NCBI GenBank assembly: GCA_028819235.1
Contig: JAPPMC010000080.1
Coordinates: forward strand, 1,412 to 65,411
DNA from: Bryobacterales bacterium
GTDB taxonomy: Bacteria; Acidobacteriota; Terriglobia; Bryobacterales; UBA6623
Reading direction: 5' to 3'
DNA: 64,000 nucleotides
Positions 61,238-64,000 of this stretch are shown here, piece by piece; positions within the stretch are counted from its first letter, which is position 1; every line of letters starts with the position of its first letter. The notes under the pieces were generated by a model that saw only the letters and a list, made by a program, of their open reading frames with translations, did no database searches and was not told where the DNA came from. A program made the translations under genes and the position numbers.

Positions 61238-64000
61238 GTGCCGTGCCGGCTGGGCATTGCAGCCGTCCTCATCCTACTGCTTGCCGCCGCAGCGGCAGCA
61301 GCGGCCTCGGGCATCGTTACGGGGAGCGTGCGCCAAAGCGGCCAAGCACCGCTCGCCGACGCCGAAGTCCAGCTGATCAACCTTTCGACGGCACAGGTCC
61401 TGCGCACGCGCAGCGGGACGGACGGGGCGTTTGAGCTGCTGTCCGTACCTTCCGGCCGCTATTCGCTGGCGCTGGTGCGGGACGGCTACCAAGCCTGGCG
61501 CAGCGGACCCTTCGAAGTGTTGCCGGGGATCCCGGTCGAATTCCCGGCGATCGTCCTGCGGCAGCTCTCAGCCGCCGCCACCCTGCCGCGCTCGGGCCTG
61601 GAAGAGATGGCCCTCGAGTACGGGCTGGTCCGCGAGCAGATCGAGTCGCTGCCGGTCGTGCTGGGCTCCGAAGGCCGCACGGCTGTCGACAAGCTGCTCC
61701 ACCTGGTCCCCGGCGTCGTCCCGGCGGAGTCGCTGGACGTCGATCCCGACACGGGCAGGGCTGCCCTCGTCTCGGCCAACGGATCGCGCAGCTCGTTCAT
61801 AAACTTCAAGCTGGACGGGGCCTCGAACAACGCCCAGAATCGCCTTACGGGCGCGCAGGCGGCCACCTTTGGACCCGCACCTGAGGCCCTTGAGAGCGTA
61901 CGTGTCATCACGCACACCTATTCCGCACGGGACGGCCGCAACGCCGGCGCCGTTGTCGACCCCAGATTCCGGGAGGGGGGCGATCAATGGCACGGGCAGG
62001 TCCGCGCCTTCGGCCGGCCTCCCCGAGCGCGACCTTCGGGCGCATTCGACGGGTCGCGAGACCGCATCGGCGGCTTTGCGGCTGGCGCGCAGGCGGGAGG
62101 GCCCCTGTCGGCAGGGCGCAAAGTTCACGGCTTCTTCGACGGCGAGGGCTGGCTGACTTCCCGCAGCCACGGGGCCCTGCGGCGCGTGCTCAGCGAGAAC
62201 GAGAGGACTGGGGACTTCTTCGGCTTCGAGAACCAGCCGGTCGACCCGGACACGGGCCAGCCGTTCCCGTCGGGGAAGATTCCCGCAAGCCGACTCGACC
62301 CTCTCATGCAGAGCTATCTGGCCGCACTCGTCCCTGCGCCCAATTTGGAGGGAGGCTGGACACGCTGGTCCGAGAGCCTAGCCAGCTCTGGGGCTGTGTT
62401 CTTGGCGCGCGTCGACGGGCGTGGCAGGCACTTTTCCCACTACTTCAGCCATCACACCTACGCAAATCACGTCCGGGAGCCTCCGGTCGAGGCGTTCACT
62501 GCAAGCCCGGGCACGGTCAACGACCGCCGACAGGTCTCGCACCACTCCCAATACGCGCTGACCCACACGCCTGCGCCGCCCTTTACCCACTCGCTCCGCA
62601 TGGCCATGCAGCAGCTTGGCAGCGAGGAGAGGAGCGGCCATCCGGGCCTCGATGGCACGGCCGCCCGCGACTTCGGGTTCGACTACGGCAACTTCGACCC
62701 GGCGTCGCTGCCCAATGTCAGACTGTGGAACGACCTCGGCCAACTGCAACTCCACGTGGCGCCTCTGGTCGAGGCCGAGGAATCGCAGCAGACCACCCTG
62801 AGCGTCGCCTACGATGCCGAGCTCCGACTCAGGAGGCAGGTCGTGCGGGCCGGCCTGCTCGGCCAGCGTGGCCTGTGGCCCTTCACCCACTCAGAGAACC
62901 CGGCCGGGACCTTCAGCTTCCCCGTGCCGCCATCTCCCCCGTCGCGCTTCCGCGGGCAGGGGCTCCGCGACCTCCTGCTAGGGCGCCCGGGCGAACTGCG
63001 CGTGCAGACGCCGCGCAGCCTAGACCTGCGTTGGCTTGAGTTCGCGGCCTATGCCGAGGCGGAAATCCGCCCTCGGCGCGACCTCAAGGTCACCGTCGGG
63101 CTGCGGTTCGAGCAGCAGCCCCCGGGCGTCGACACAGAAGACCGCCTAGTGACGTTCCGCGAGAATTCCCAGAGCGTGCGCTTCCCAGAGTCGCCTCCCT
63201 ACCTGCTGTTCCCCGGCGACACCGATCGGGAAGGCCTGGTGGTGCCAAGGTCGACCATCGGCACGCAGGGACGCAACTTCTCGCCACGCGTCGGCGTCGC
63301 CTACTCGCCCTCGTGGAACGGGCGCGGCGCCCGATGGGTCCTGGGAGAGTCCGGACGCTCGGTGCTGCGTGGGGCGTACGGGGTCTTCTTCGACCACGGG
63401 ACGTTCGCCGGCTCGAGCGCGGCGGCCTTGTTCCAAGCGACCTACCCCCCGTTCAGCACGGACAACCGCTACACCGTGCGCGACCCGAACGGGCTGTTCC
63501 AGGAGCCAGGAAGGGTGCTGGGCGACCGCACCCTTGCGACCATCCGCACGGGCGTGCTGCGGTTTCCGCTGCTGGTTTTCGACGACCGCTTCGAAAACGC
63601 AAGGGCGGAGCACTGGAACGTGAGCTGGCAGCGCCTGCTGCCGGCGCGGGTATTCGTCACAGGCAGCTACCTCGGCACGCGCTCGACCCGGCTGCAGCGG
63701 CAGCGCGAGCTGAACGGGTTCGTGCGCAACCCGCTGCACTCGTTCGCCTTTGTGCGCTACATGCGGCGCTACTCGCGCTTCGACAACATCCGCTCGTTCG
63801 AGAGCAGCGGCAGCGCCCGGTACCGCGCAGTGCAGATCCGCGCCAACCGGTACCTGCGCCGAGGCGTGGCGCTCGACGCCGGCTACAGCTGGAGCCGATC
63901 CATGGACAACGGCAGCACAATCCTGGGCGAGGAGCTGACCGGCGCGGACTGGACGCACTCCGACTTTGATCGCCGGCACTCGCTGACGGCGGCGTGGATG
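61238..64000 (+). CDS. TonB-dependent-receptor-like outer-membrane protein with carboxypeptidase-regulatory-like N-terminal domain, 3-prime end outside window
   Basis: Not in the supplied ORF track. My own translation from GTG 61238 gives 921 codons with no stop up to the window edge. Signal peptide (LGIAAVLILLLAAAAAAAASG), then a CarboxypepD_reg-like segment (GIVTGSV...DAEVQLIN...TDGAFELLSVPSGRYSL), then NGSRSSFINFKLDGASNN. The ORFs reported here on other frames and strands are Arg/Pro-rich shadows. Confidence 0.7.
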   Translation, partial: MPCRLGIAAVLILLLAAAAAAAASGIVTGSVRQSGQAPLADAEVQLINLSTAQVLRTRSGTDGAFELLSVPSGRYSLALVRDGYQAWRSGPFEVLPGIPVEFPAIVLRQLSAAATLPRSGLEEMALEYGLVREQIESLPVVLGSEGRTAVDKLLHLVPGVVPAESLDVDPDTGRAALVSANGSRSSFINFKLDGASNNAQNRLTGAQAATFGPAPEALESVRVITHTYSARDGRNAGAVVDPRFREGGDQWHGQVRAFGRPPRARPSGAFDGSRDRIGGFAAGAQAGGPLSAGRKVHGFFDGEGWLTSRSHGALRRVLSENERTGDFFGFENQPVDPDTGQPFPSGKIPASRLDPLMQSYLAALVPAPNLEGGWTRWSESLASSGAVFLARVDGRGRHFSHYFSHHTYANHVREPPVEAFTASPGTVNDRRQVSHHSQYALTHTPAPPFTHSLRMAMQQLGSEERSGHPGLDGTAARDFGFDYGNFDPASLPNVRLWNDLGQLQLHVAPLVEAEESQQTTLSVAYDAELRLRRQVVRAGLLGQRGLWPFTHSENPAGTFSFPVPPSPPSRFRGQGLRDLLLGRPGELRVQTPRSLDLRWLEFAAYAEAEIRPRRDLKVTVGLRFEQQPPGVDTEDRLVTFRENSQSVRFPESPPYLLFPGDTDREGLVVPRSTIGTQGRNFSPRVGVAYSPSWNGRGARWVLGESGRSVLRGAYGVFFDHGTFAGSSAAALFQATYPPFSTDNRYTVRDPNGLFQEPGRVLGDRTLATIRTGVLRFPLLVFDDRFENARAEHWNVSWQRLLPARVFVTGSYLGTRSTRLQRQRELNGFVRNPLHSFAFVRYMRRYSRFDNIRSFESSGSARYRAVQIRANRYLRRGVALDAGYSWSRSMDNGSTILGEELTGADWTHSDFDRRHSLTAAWM

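Noticed and set aside
1-64000. CRISPR arrays, IS elements/transposases, integrases, prophage genes, rRNA
   Set aside because: I saw no regularly spaced direct repeats and no ORF with DDE, tyrosine- or serine-recombinase, or phage structural motifs on either strand. The only RNA gene I can support is the tRNA at 25537-25612.

Overview
64 kb of high-G+C bacterial chromosome. A hand-counted 60-nt sample of a backbone gene gave 72% G+C. I call 48 protein-coding segments and one tRNA(CAU). Two genes are truncated by the window edges, and two gene pairs are single genes split by one in-frame stop. I saw no rRNA, CRISPR array, transposase or integrase. The gene content includes DUF1501, DUF1080, CRTAC1/ASPIC FG-GAP proteins, a carboxypeptidase-regulatory-like TonB receptor, a duplicated FtsX permease and many exported glycan enzymes. 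This suggests an Acidobacteriota- or Planctomycetota-like environmental organism, which is inference only. Backbone genes: acyl-CoA ligase, FAH hydrolase, amt, gfo-like oxidoreductase, birA-coaX-pncB, trpB, def-fmt-argJ, trHbO, a purine permease, araB-like kinase, aroD/E-trpE and lpxA. Items worth a second look: (1) A lower-G+C islet at about 43.5-48.4 kb carries a GIY-YIG-like gene and a translationally abutting AAA+ ATPase / S8 subtilase pair with ietAS-like defence architecture. (2) A partner-switching signalling cluster at 5.7-11.5 kb has a REC-PP2C phosphatase, an RsbW-like kinase, a binding protein, a histidine kinase and two STAS paralogues, but no sigma factor. (3) A BNR-sialidase/sulfatase fusion. 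(4) A 1382-aa S1 protease-NHL-Sel1 protein. (5) Two genes are interrupted by a single in-frame stop: TGA at 27276, followed by a hairpin, and TAA at 49234, inside a perfect 11-bp-stem AT-rich palindrome. (6) A gene-poor, lower-G+C 1.9 kb stretch abuts the tRNA. (7) An ECF sigma / dual-ZAS anti-sigma / TonB-receptor-like cluster, whose receptor ORF (61238 to window end) is missing from the supplied ORF track. Most long antisense or off-frame ORFs in the track are GC-rich shadow ORFs and were discarded.
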